In this document: piece by piece, positions 1 to 11,179 of the stretch
How the letters are laid out: each line of letters begins with the position of its first letter
How positions within the stretch are numbered: position 1 is the first letter of the stretch
Assembly: GCA_002104905.1 (NCBI GenBank)
Contig: MCFE01000668.1
Location: 1-48,222, forward strand
Length of the DNA stretch: 48,222 nucleotides
Reading direction: 5' to 3'
From: Basidiobolus meristosporus CBS 931.73
Lineage: Eukaryota > Fungi > Basidiobolomycota
The notes under the pieces: generated by a model
The model's database searches: none
What the model saw: only the letters and a program-made list of their open reading frames with translations
Told to the model about the DNA's origin: nothing
Program-made: the position numbers and the translations under genes

Positions 1-1121
1 TTGGGAACAAAATAAGAAACTGTTGATATCGAATCGATTTGTGAATTCTTGATACAATCAGATTCCAAATTCGTTGTTAACATAGTGGTGTATTGTTTTG
101 ATCGGCTTTAATGCTCAACATGGATTTTCTTCCGTTCTCATATCATCCCAAAGATTATTAACTATAGATAAAGGATACTTATATTTTTGGGGACGTAAAG
201 ACTTACCGCTTTTTTATTGTTTCCTGATCTACGATTCATTGTGCGCCATTACTGCCGCTTGGCGTCTAGGCCTACGAATTATTGGTTTAGTAGCTGTAAC
301 TCCTCTGAGGTTTTTTAAATCAACAATCCCCAATTACCTCTTGGTGTCTTGATAGAAATCTCCCCCAGATTTATATTGGTAGGGCAACTACTACCTCATG
401 ATACCCCACATATTACCACTATCTTCTTTAGAAGTTTAATGTCAACTATACGCCAAAATCGTTGAAACCTTTATAAATATACAGATAATAATGCGAGTTT
501 TCAAACCTGAAAACAGAATGAAATCTGAAGAAACAAATAATATAGGCATTTATGTATTGCAATGTTGGATAGATTACATAATACCCTCCATTACTTGAAG
601 TTTCATTTGGAAATATACCCAAAGTTATGGTACTGATTTCCATAATACCACAGACATGAAATGCAAGGAAGTAACCTGTTATCGACATGTATGCATCGTG
701 AGTTTCTTCAAATCATCTCAATAATGTATGTCATTTTGGCCAAGCCTTTTACTCCAAAGCACGGGTTTTACTTGAATGGTAAACTGTTGTCAGGCCCACC
801 CATTCTGATCGAGCCATTGCGAGCGAAAGGGGAGTTAGGTTCTAGATTATAATACGTATTATCCGCTTAATGGTTGTGTTCAGACCACTTGCATTTGATT
901 CAGGCGTGTTGATAACGATGTTTTCATTTTCACAATAAACAACTATTCAGCGCAGCATGGAAACTGGTTGATGTAATAATTTGGCTGAATATACTACAAA
1001 TAGCCTGCACTGATTACACAATTTGTTATTGAGTGGAAAATCTCACGATAAATACAGTTACTTGAGATTCAAGTGATGTATACAAACAGAGAAATAATGC
1101 TGAAGGCGGGGGTTGGTCCAT

Positions 1122-4100
1122 TTATCCCCATACATCTTCGTTAAATCTACCCGCTCTTTGTAGCGCTTGGAAATATTCGGCTGCTTCCTGTGGGCCAATT
1201 CCTCCAATTTGTATAATAATAGATGTAAGAGTCAATACTACATCCTTAGCCATTCCAGATGCGGATCCACAAACATACAAAGAGCCTTTTTGGTTATGGA
1301 TAAGATCCCACACCATCGAGGCTGAACTAAGCAGCTCGTGTTGGACATACTTCTTGACATTGCCGACTCGAGAGAAGGTGAGGTGCAGCTCATCCAGAGT
1401 ACCATCCGCAACAAATGCCTCCAGCTCTTCCTTGTAAATCAAGTCGTACTCAGGAGAGCGGCACCCGAAGAATAAATGGGTCGTAGACTGTCCACCATTC
1501 TTGACGGATTTGAATCGGTGATATTGGCGCTCCTGGAGGAATCCTCTAAATGGAGCGATCCCCGTTCCCGCACAGACCATGATCACTGGGATAGTAGGGT
1601 CTTCTGGTAAATGGAAAACCTCCTTGGCTGGCTTGATTGATGCATAAAGGGGCATTCCGCGCTCGGCTCTGGCAAGGAAATTGGAGCAGAGGCCTTTGTG
1701 GACTACGTTATCACTTCCAGTCTCTTCTACCACTCCGACACATAAATGTGCCACATTCTTGCTCACATATGGTGAAGAGGCGATAGAGTATCTACGTTTC
1801 GCCATGACTGGTATTCCGCACAAAAACGCCAGGAAATCAAGTCTTCTGATCATTGGATAGTTCTGAAGTAACTGAAGCAAATTCCGGTTCTCTTCTATGA
1901 AACTAGCGTAACTCCGGTTCCCTTCTTCCCCAATCTGGCATATCTCTTCCAAATAGGCTTTCTCCAACTCAGGATGCTCCGCAGAAATTGCTGAGACGCA
2001 AACCTCAATGAAATGCCGGGATGGTGCTGCTGAAAGGTCGGCATAGTGCATGAGTGCATTCTTAACGGTGCATGGCCCTTTAATCACTGCAGCCAAAGAG
2101 CGAGGGCTAAGGTTTTTACTCTTTGAGCGGTCAATGTCTACCTCGAATACTGCGTCCAATGCGTATCCAAACGAAAGAGCAACTGCTTCAACGAGGTCGG
2201 CATCATTGGCAGGTAAGATCTCTAAATGGTCACCAGCGTTGTACGTGGCATCCTCGGGCAACTCGATCTCAATATGACGAGTACTGCGGCGGCTCTTTTC
2301 GAAGTTCTGAAGCTCACTATTCGTAACAACACGGGCCTGTGGCGACTGGTTGATGTTGTTCCGAGCCAATCGGGCTTCATCATGGTTCTCTGGAGAGAGA
2401 TATTTCAAAGACACTCCTGTGGTAGGATCTTGAGTACTGATGCTTGTTAATTGGTTGAGGCCAGACCCCTCCATCCCTAAGTCGCCCAACAGAGATACAC
2501 ACATCTGCGCTATCCACTGTGCAAAATCCGCGTCGATATCACCATCGGCATTTCCAGCTCCGATAGGAAAGATTTGATCAGCCCCTAGTCGCGCCAATGC
2601 CCCATTGACCTTGCTGGGAAAGGCTTGGTATGTTCGCCACTGCTTATTTCCACATCCGAACACCGCGTAGCGAAGCCCGTTCAATGGCTTTACCGATGCT
2701 TCGCGTTTGGCGCTGATAAATTTGTCGAATTCTCTAGCATTATCTGGGGGAAGTCCATTGTACGTGCTGGTTATGATGAATAGCACTGGCTTTTCGCTGT
2801 CATCTTGAGCTTCGTCCTCTTGATAACTTCCAGATCCCAGTACTTCCCACTCATCCATAGGGAGGACCTGAGTATCCTTAAAGCCAAGATCGGATGCGTC
2901 CTTAGCAAGCTTGTTTGCATATTCCTCGGAGAGCCCCATGTCTGAACCAAACAGGACTATGAGCTTCGGGAGCTTAGTGGAAGATGAAAGCTGCCTAGCT
3001 ATCAGGGGTGTAGTTAGCTCTGTTTTTGGAGTATATGTTTCAGCCGGTGAATGTGTGGTTGTTTCTGGTAGCTCAGTTCTGGGTGTGACCGTCATGAATA
3101 GGTTTTCTGGTTTCAGGGTGGGGGCAGCGAGATCGTAGTAAACAGGTTTATCATCTTTCAGATGGAACTCAAACTTCATCAACAGAACGGCCAGAATAAT
3201 CTTGGCTTCTTGTAGGGCAAATTGCATACCGATACATGCTCTGGGGCCCGATGAGAAGGGCAACCACGCATAGGGTGACCGGTTTGCTTCTTCCGCAGCA
3301 CTGAATCTATCGGGGTTAAAGATCTCGGGTTCGGGCCAGATACCTGCGTTGTAGTGCAACGGATAGATACTAATTTCAACTACAGTGTCCTTTTCAACTC
3401 TGTATCCAAATGGCAATACACAATCTTTTGTGCAGTACTTCTGAACCGATGACACTGGCGGGTACATTCTTAAAGTCTCCTTCAATACTTGCCCCAGGTA
3501 CTTGAGCTTAGACACCTGTGCTCCAGTGGGCGGCTCCTCACCGGTAATGCCGGCGTTGACTATCTCCTGGAGAACTTTATGCAAGATTACTGGATGTCTG
3601 GCAAGCAAATACAAGCACCATGATAGGGTATTTGAGGTAGTCTCATGGCCAGCGATCAAGAAAGTCACTACCTGGTCACGTATCAGGTCGTCTGATAACT
3701 TCTCGCCGGTAGATTTGTCACGAGCCTCGAGCATAAAGCCCAGAAGATCGGAGAGAGAGCCATCTTCAACAGGAGCCTTCTTTCGCTGTGTGACCACCTC
3801 ATCCACGACACTTCTCATATAAGCCATGTTTTCGTCGAACTTAAAGTTGGACCAAATCGGGAGCTTTTTCCAGTATTTCGAACGGCTGGTTCGTGGGTCC
3901 AACTGCCCCATACAAAAAGCCATGGCGTCAATGAATGGATGCAGTGGACAGTCCTTGGACTCAACAAGTCCAAAATCATAACCAAATCCAACCTTGCCGA
4001 TGGTTTCGAAAGTGATTCGAGTCATCCAATCGGTCACAACGAACGGTTCGTCAGTCTCGAACTCATTCAAGACTCCAACCATCTTCAGCGCCAATTGACC

Positions 4101-4760
4101 CATCTCCTGCGTGTAGGCTTTCATGGATGTGGAGGAGAACGCCGGAACAAGCAGTTTGTGAGCAAGCTTCCATACTTTTTCATCTGAGCTGGTAGTGAAA
4201 AGGCCATCACCACCGATTTCCTTCACCTCTTCGAACGGTTGAGCCACTTTCTTGGTGAAGTATTCGCTCTCCTGAGCAAACAGCTCGGCGATGCTGGGGT
4301 GGTTTGTAGAGATTACTTTGGTTGATAGGTAATAGATTTCCAGGATCGGGCTATCGTACTCCTCGAAGTAATCCTTCATGGACTTGGGAAAATCTGGCAT
4401 AAGCTGAGGGATGGTGCCGAGGAATATGCTGGTAGGTGGAACAGGAATCTTACGATGGCAAGCCTCATTCCCTTTGATGTATGCCACGGAGCCCTGTATC
4501 AGGCTGGTGAACGAATCAATCTTAGCCCCTTCTTCATTACAAAACTCGATCCTTTCGTAGGCGGGGATGTTCAATCTTCTCCCACATTGTTCCTTCATAT
4601 CTTGCAGGTCCCAGTGGTCAAGTGGCCTGATAACCACCCCATCCTTCTCTAGGCTTTGCCCAAAAAACGCCACGACGATAATTTTGGTCTTGAGGGGCTC
4701 CTCTACGATAGCCGGTGTCCTCTGCAAATTGATTTCTTGGTGCTTAAATGGGCACGACAT
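1122..4760 (-). CDS. Self-sufficient cytochrome P450-NADPH reductase fusion (CYP102/CYP505-type fatty-acid hydroxylase-like), intronless, with a ~100-aa N-terminal extension
   Basis: 1212-aa ORF. I-helix FLIAGHETTS, ETLR, heme motif PFSSGPRACIGMQFA, GDGLFT (BM3 F87 region), FMN loop LFGSDMG, FGCGNKQW, FAD motif RRYSIASS, CAGTGIAPFRGF, FFGCR, and C-terminal DVW. Confidence 0.96.
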   Translation of the reverse strand: MSCPFKHQEINLQRTPAIVEEPLKTKIIVVAFFGQSLEKDGVVIRPLDHWDLQDMKEQCGRRLNIPAYERIEFCNEEGAKIDSFTSLIQGSVAYIKGNEACHRKIPVPPTSIFLGTIPQLMPDFPKSMKDYFEEYDSPILEIYYLSTKVISTNHPSIAELFAQESEYFTKKVAQPFEEVKEIGGDGLFTTSSDEKVWKLAHKLLVPAFSSTSMKAYTQEMGQLALKMVGVLNEFETDEPFVVTDWMTRITFETIGKVGFGYDFGLVESKDCPLHPFIDAMAFCMGQLDPRTSRSKYWKKLPIWSNFKFDENMAYMRSVVDEVVTQRKKAPVEDGSLSDLLGFMLEARDKSTGEKLSDDLIRDQVVTFLIAGHETTSNTLSWCLYLLARHPVILHKVLQEIVNAGITGEEPPTGAQVSKLKYLGQVLKETLRMYPPVSSVQKYCTKDCVLPFGYRVEKDTVVEISIYPLHYNAGIWPEPEIFNPDRFSAAEEANRSPYAWLPFSSGPRACIGMQFALQEAKIILAVLLMKFEFHLKDDKPVYYDLAAPTLKPENLFMTVTPRTELPETTTHSPAETYTPKTELTTPLIARQLSSSTKLPKLIVLFGSDMGLSEEYANKLAKDASDLGFKDTQVLPMDEWEVLGSGSYQEDEAQDDSEKPVLFIITSTYNGLPPDNAREFDKFISAKREASVKPLNGLRYAVFGCGNKQWRTYQAFPSKVNGALARLGADQIFPIGAGNADGDIDADFAQWIAQMCVSLLGDLGMEGSGLNQLTSISTQDPTTGVSLKYLSPENHDEARLARNNINQSPQARVVTNSELQNFEKSRRSTRHIEIELPEDATYNAGDHLEILPANDADLVEAVALSFGYALDAVFEVDIDRSKSKNLSPRSLAAVIKGPCTVKNALMHYADLSAAPSRHFIEVCVSAISAEHPELEKAYLEEICQIGEEGNRSYASFIEENRNLLQLLQNYPMIRRLDFLAFLCGIPVMAKRRYSIASSPYVSKNVAHLCVGVVEETGSDNVVHKGLCSNFLARAERGMPLYASIKPAKEVFHLPEDPTIPVIMVCAGTGIAPFRGFLQERQYHRFKSVKNGGQSTTHLFFGCRSPEYDLIYKEELEAFVADGTLDELHLTFSRVGNVKKYVQHELLSSASMVWDLIHNQKGSLYVCGSASGMAKDVVLTLTSIIIQIGGIGPQEAAEYFQALQRAGRFNEDVWG

Positions 4761-6659
4761 TTGCTGTACCTTGGTTGTTGGCTGCCATTCACAATCGACA
4801 GCACGCTTTTATAGCTTGACCAGAGTTCTGTGTTTCCCAGACCATGTAACACTTGTGGAAAGCTTAAACACGTAGCCTGATAACAACTGGAGCCATTCAC
4901 TATGTGAAAAATCAAACGTGGCACTCCGGACAAACCACAAACCCCACCGATCTGTATCAGCCTACCACAGCAACTACTCGGCACTTGGCATCGTCATTAC
5001 TAAAATATTTCAGAAGTGGAAACTCCGCGTGGCTTAGAAGCCTGTGTATTTGTGGGTATTCTAAGGGAGCGCGTAGATTAGGTGGAAATCTATGGAAGCA
5101 ACTGTATTTAGAAGGAAATCCGCAGCGGAGGTTGACCTAACCGTTTCATCCAACTCCCCGCAAACACCACAACGAAGAACACTCCGCTCAAGATGCGCTC
5201 CTTCAACTGGAAAACGGGATTTTAACCGAAAGAGTGGTATTCCTCTGATTGGCCCTGTCGTGGGTATATCTGGTCACAATCTAGTTATTCAAAGTTTGAG
5301 CGCCCATTCATTCACGCTTAGAGTTAGCCTTCAAAATCCCATTCAAGAATGCAAGGAAAGTTCCCTCTATTCAGCCCTGTGTACAGGTAAGTACATCCTG
5401 CTATTGGTAGGGATTGCAGATATTGGGGAAACTCTACGTATCATACGTGGCATCATCCATTTAGCCTGTTTGTATAAAACTCGTATTCTCACCCTCATCT
5501 TCTTTGAATAACTACCATCTCTGGAATGACTACATGATCATGCCGCAAGCCAACTCAACCATGATGTCGATGAGTAAGTCCAAACAGTAAAGTCTGGTTT
5601 GGCAGCTTGAACCGTCTTTTCTACCTAGAGGCCACTGTGGAAATAACGGAGTCTTTGAGATTCATACTAATGACCGAATGTTCTAGCTTTATACTGATAT
5701 GGTTAGTTGGATTCTACTCTGCGCAGGGTCAATCTTTATGCTCGAACCGGCTTCTATAAGTAGCAAACCGAATATGCAAGCACTGCTTAGCTAGTTCATG
5801 CTCACTCTATTCCATCTGTACCTCTCACCTGAAATCTATTTATACTCTTTTGTACCAAAACAGGAGTACCGCGTAGATGAACAAATTCGGGACTGCAATA
5901 TAGAGCGGTGATCAATTAACGGTGATTTTGTAAGACAAATATTGAAATGGGACGATTTTGCAGTAATTCATACAGCAGCCATGCCCAACCACAATCCATC
6001 CCACGGCCGAGCAATTAACCCCTGGACCTTGCACTTCACCTTCTGAGCCAGCGAAGCCCAATGCAAATCCTGTGGCATCATTCGATGGCCAAGGCTTCTT
6101 TAATTATGCCATAAAGGTGCAGATACAAGGTTTGTCGAATGAGGCATAATAATCAAATGGAAAACCAGCTCACGTTTGTCAACAATCGAATAAACCGATT
6201 CAGGTTTGTCAAGAGTGGAAAGAATCTTCTGATGCCTGTTGAGTTGGCATCAGCCGTCGTTCAGTGATGTAGTAATTAGCTATCTGAGTCAGCCTGTGGA
6301 ACGCTGGCTTATTTAATGATTAATGTTGTGAGTCGTTCTTGCTGTAATTACATACTTTTATACTTGTTTGATCACTTAAATGAGCCGCATCGTAAATTCC
6401 CTGGCCAATCAAACCACACCTTTGTTCATTTAAAACGTCGGATCAAGCTGTTAATCTGGTCAGCTTTTTGAGAACTTTCCTCATATTCTGAGCCTCTTCC
6501 GACTCTCCACCCAACGGTCGAAACTCACTTTACGACCTTTCATCGAGCGCCTTAGTAATCGAAGCTTCATAGCTCCTCTCCCTTGTTTATCGTTCTTGGC
6601 AGGTCCCAGTCCGGTTTCGTTTATACCTCTATCCCCTCAACCAACTTCGGTCAACTCAT

Positions 6660-7574
6660 ATGAGCTCTGTCTATTCTTCGGATTGTTCGACGGCAACTGC
6701 CTCGCAAGAGAGTTTAGTTTACATTTCACAGACCTTAAAAAGAGGTTATCTTACTGTCCGCGGAGCTGGGATTCGTAATTGGTTGTGGACTAAACGGCTA
6801 ATCATTTTAAAGAATCTCGCGGTCACCATTCACAAGCATGAGGTAAGGACCCTCTCTTGTTGCTTCTTTGGAGTTGAGTTGAGCTGAGCCGAGTAACTTA
6901 TACTTTTGTGAAGAACGATTTCAAAGCGTCGGACGTGATTTACCTGGACAATATCGTGGATATTGTGCGCTGCGACGCTCGACCATACTGTTTCAAGCTG
7001 GTTACCACACTCAAAACCTACTTCTTAGCTTGTCGAAACGAAGCTGAGCTAAGCTCATGGATGGACGATATTTACAAGGTAATTCGCCAGCACATCAACG
7101 GCATACAGTGAAAGAAAAGATCGCTCACCCTTATTATGATTGTAGAAGAGCAACATGAAGGGAATTTCTAGTCCCACAAACTTCCACCATGATTCTCACT
7201 TGGGATTCAATCCAGACACAGGTGCTCTGGAGTGCGCAGGGAAAGGCTTTGAGAACATGCAAGGCAGCACGTTAACTCGAGAGGATTACGCATCAAATCC
7301 CAACGTGGTGCTGTCGTTAATGAATCTGTGTACAGGCCAAGGAAAGCACGATGAACCAGCAGAAAATGGCAGGAGTAGGTATCGATACTCCATTAAGCCC
7401 ACCTCTAACCTGAGAAAGAGCCAGTTTCAGTTACCCGAAATCCCCAAGAAACTATCCGTTCTATTTGATGATTTTGATGTAAGTCCCTAGAGTCACTTGG
7501 ATGTCACCACTTTGCCAACTAACGTGCAATGTCTCTAGACTACCTCGTTTTTAACCAAAACCCAGGTCAATTGA
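6660..7574 (+). CDS. Cla4/PAK-like PH + CRIB(PBD) protein without a kinase domain; 4 exons (6660-6842, 6914-7078, 7146-7478, 7539-7574), ~238 aa
   Basis: PH motifs LKRGYLTVRG..NWLWTKRLIIL and CFKLVTTLKTYFLACRNEAELSSWMDDI; CRIB ISSPTNFHHDSHLGFNPDTG; LTREDYASNPNVV helix. All three GT-AG introns are phase 0; stop TGA at 7572-7574. Confidence 0.8.
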
Positions 7575-9722
7575 GGCCAGACCGTGTGTAAAGGAGCCCT
7601 TTAGTTTTGAGCCCAACCGTCTTCCTAATTCCTTGATAGCCTTTTTGTATGCAGCAGACTTACCCGTATCAGCATTCAGCTAAAATACTTTTTATTCCAT
7701 TTGTTTGTATCGTAGCCTGGATTTTGTGTCCGGATTTCTTTATTGGGTTGTGGGATGCAAGGGTAGGATTCTGGACGTAATAAGCTTATGTCGATTTTGT
7801 TCTTGGAAGAGTATTGAATGCTGTCGCTAATCTATATATAAACCTCCGTATATAATCGACCATTGTCAAGCGATTTTCTAACTTGGAAGGATATGTTACA
7901 CATCCATGGACATGGAGCCGGTATCACGAATACTTGATTGTCGTAATTAATCTTTTTGGTGACCGCGCCATCATAGGTCGGCCTCATTCCACGGAAGGAT
8001 CGGATTCATGATTGAAAATACATATTTGGTATCAGCCAACGAAATTGCCCTCAATTAATGGCCATCAAGTCGATTGATTTCCTTCTTAAATATAGGATTT
8101 CAATCTCGTATGCCATATATAGGCCTTGATCCGAATGAATCTGAAACCAGCCATGCCATGATGCATTCATATTTATCACCAAGTCTTGGCCCGCTTGGAA
8201 TAGATGATGTGTATAAGACCAGTCACAGTGGAAATCAGCTGCAGAGTAGGTTTGATTTGGTATAGACTGGTACTCTGGCATGCTTCATTGGATACTGGAG
8301 TGAGGCTAGCACGAAATAGAGAACAAATTCTAGTTGGAGGCACAGCAGCTCTATATCCTGACAAATAGAAACTGGTGCAAGAGTCATATCAGCAATGCTG
8401 GGCTAGATTTATGAGTGGGGTCTCTGTAAATGAAATTCATGATCAGCTAAATTGAAAAAATGCCCACTAAAGATGAACTTCATATATATCTGGCCAGTGC
8501 AGCATGGCTGGGTTTCAGTGAAGGAGGAACCTGGAGTATTCTAAGCTCACTAAACATCATACCAACTGGAATCAAGGGGCTGCTATGCTCGCGCGCATTC
8601 CATCCACACTACAAGCGGAATAGCCAGGCAATATGATGCACCATTAGGTCAATCTTAAAGCACGGGGTACAGCATTGAGTAAATCCTCAACACTCGTGTC
8701 AGAACACTGTGACATGCTATGTACAGCTAACGGACAATAAACGGAACCCTAGCATATAGTTATTATTCCACAGATAATCCCATTGTCCCAACCCCCTTCA
8801 TTATGTGGGTCAATGTTGCCATACAGACCCCTATTCTGAGATAACGCTGAGAACCAGATAATCGGTCATGGTAGCTTGCCAATCGTTATGGGATGCGATC
8901 TCGTTTTGGTGAGCAAAATGCTCTTGTGATGAGCATTATTGAGGTAGGCCACACGAATCAGAGCGGCGTGTTTGAGATACTCGTGATTTGGTAGTTTCAC
9001 AATGAATTCCTGTTGATCCATTTGCATTCCATCCTGGTTGCTATTTCTGAGACACAGAGGGATTTATATGATGCGCTACGAACCATAGTGGATTTGATTT
9101 AACCTTTCCTCCACTCCACGACTCCAGTTGATTTCCTTGCTCCCGCTCACTGGTATTCCTTGTCATACCCAAGCCTGTCTTTGAGTGTTCGTGTCGCTTG
9201 ATTCGTGATAAAGATAAAGTGGATGCCTGCCTAAAACAGGCCGGAATCAAATGAAGTGGAATCAAAATCTAGACGAACACCTTGTTAATTATGGTGGGCT
9301 TGAGAACTCGACCCCGCTACGCCCTGCCACTAACGCCCCTGTCGGATATAGGCTGCCTGTACACGCTTCAATTGCTCTATAATCTATTTTCGCGGGAGGA
9401 ATGTAAAGTGCGGCTGGAGAAGGCCGAATTGATGTGTTGGGGTTCTCAGCCGCAGGAAGAGGTGGATTATTGGGATCCCCGTAAACCGAAATACAAGGTA
9501 TCAGTTCAATGAGGCCATTTTGGATTCCATCTACTAATGGCGAGTGTGGCTTAGTCCTTCTTATATAGAGAGATAGTCCCGCCACGTGAGTACATCAAGA
9601 GATTGGTGGATGAATGCTGGCAGGGGGTCTTTCTTATTGGCCACGCCGACCCGAAATCCAGTCGTCGACAGGGATTGTGGTTCTTGAGGCAATTCTGTGT
9701 AATCTACGGGTTCTCAAGCCTC

Positions 9723-10940
9723 ATGCTGGAATTGGTAATGTTACTGATGCTGGGATTCCCCCTCAATTTCCCCGTTAACCCTTGTGCCGACAGAAAAATC
9801 CGGTCATGCTGGAGCAGCTGCTGCAGATTTCCTTGGTCGAGGAGCTCAAGGGCATTCTGCCCAAGAACCGAGACACCTTCACACAGTTGCTAAAGTACCA
9901 CGACCAACAGCTGCAACACTCTCGCACCGCCGACTCGGGGATCCACGAGTCCATCGAAGAGGGGAGCGACAAAGACAGTCTGAGAAGCAAGTCTGAAGCG
10001 ACCGAGCTATTTAAAACCTTAAATTCTCTAAACGAAGAGTATCATATTTCGGCGAACTCCAGGGAGGAGCGATTTTTCGCCCTACTAGTGGATCACATAA
10101 CCAGGTAGGCGCATGCGGAAGCGCGTTGTTGAGGCAATGACTGAGTGACGTCTCTTGCTAGGGTGACCACGCCAAACTTTCCAGTGCTTACTTTTTCGAA
10201 GATGCTCAAAGCACTACCGGATATCACGCAGGATGAGATAGACTTCGACTCGCAATTAGAGATACTGGAGTGCATCGATTATCTACTTCACGAGGCGGCG
10301 ACCGACCCAGGTAGGCTGTTTGCACCTCATCGATGGGTGTTCCATTGGCTAACTGTATCTTGTCCAGTGTTCGGCAGGACCTGTTCCCCGAGAACGTGGT
10401 TTCGAGAAAGCCCGTCGCGAACGCATATGGTCAAGATCATCAACGTCGGCGTTCGTAAATACCTGCAACAGCACAGGCCTACCGGGGTCGATCCGCGAAT
10501 AGTGGCCGCATACCTAAAGCACCAAATCAGCGAGCTGAGTATTCCGCTGATGCCGCTGGAGTTCGTAGACATGTTGAACGTGTTGTCACCCATGACTGAG
10601 GAGGACAAAGATTGTAAGTAGCTCTTTCGATACCTGTATGTCGGTCACGCATTCCTGACCATTGGCGGATCTAGACGTATGGTTCCCAAATGCAACGGCA
10701 TTGAACCTGCTGCAGAGCATGTTTCGTCTAAGTCTGTGGCGATGGGAGATCCTACAGGGCATAATGGATCTGGTGGATATCCTGACCAGGGACAACATGT
10801 CCACGCTTGCCGTAGCCATCATTTTCCCCCTGCAAAGTCCATCTACCTTCGACAACTGGGACGAATTCAAACGATGGAACTGGTGCTGGGGATGTCTGCT
10901 TCAAAAAAGAGCCGAGATTTTTCGGCAATCGTCTTATTGA
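9723..10940 (+). CDS. Diverged RhoGAP-like protein; 5 exons (9723-9734, 9794-10104, 10162-10310, 10368-10613, 10675-10940), ~327 aa; first exon tentative
   Basis: Phase-consistent GT-AG introns. ECIDYL..., WFRESPS (arginine-finger-like FRxS), DPRIVAAYLKHQISELSIPLMP (cf. DxHxVAxxLKxxLRELPxPL) and NMSTLAVAIIFP (cf. NxMxxxNLAIVFGP). Confidence 0.62.
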
Positions 10941-11056
10941 GAAGTGGCACGATTTTGCTTTCATTCTACTCCAGTGCACATAATATTGCCACCAGCCTAC
11001 CTAATATTAGAATGACCGGGTCATAATAAATTCTTGAACGCAGATTGTTTGAGTGT

Positions 11057-11083
11057 GGGTGTGGGTGTGGGTGCGGGTGCGGG
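11057..11083 (+). repeat. G-rich hexamer repeat (GGGTGT/GGGTGC) with five G3 tracts
   Basis: G3 tracts at 11057, 11063, 11069, 11075 and 11081. Confidence 0.9.
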
Positions 11084-11140
11084 CACTATTGTGACTACCA
11101 AATCCATTGGGTTTGAGCATTCCTGGCCCAAGCAGAATGA

Positions 11141-11179
11141 GGGATTGGGCGTAGGCGTGGGCATGGGCATGGGCTTGGG
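11141..11179 (+). repeat. Second G-rich hexamer repeat (GGGCAT-type)
   Basis: G3 tracts at 11141, 11147, 11159, 11165, 11171 and 11177. Confidence 0.85.

Noticed and set aside
1-1000. Short ORFs (98-352, 446-688, 661-852) and a minus-strand RRPRRQAAV stretch reminiscent of retroelement integrase tails
   Set aside because: AT-rich, with no second supporting motif and no continuous frame.
5092-5511. 139-aa ORF upstream of the P450
   Set aside because: No recognisable motif or coding-like composition; lies in a divergent intergenic region.
8050-9050. CpG-poor patch (~8200-8590) and short minus-strand ORFs, possibly a transposon relic or small gene
   Set aside because: No terminal repeats, TSD or protein motif could be identified.
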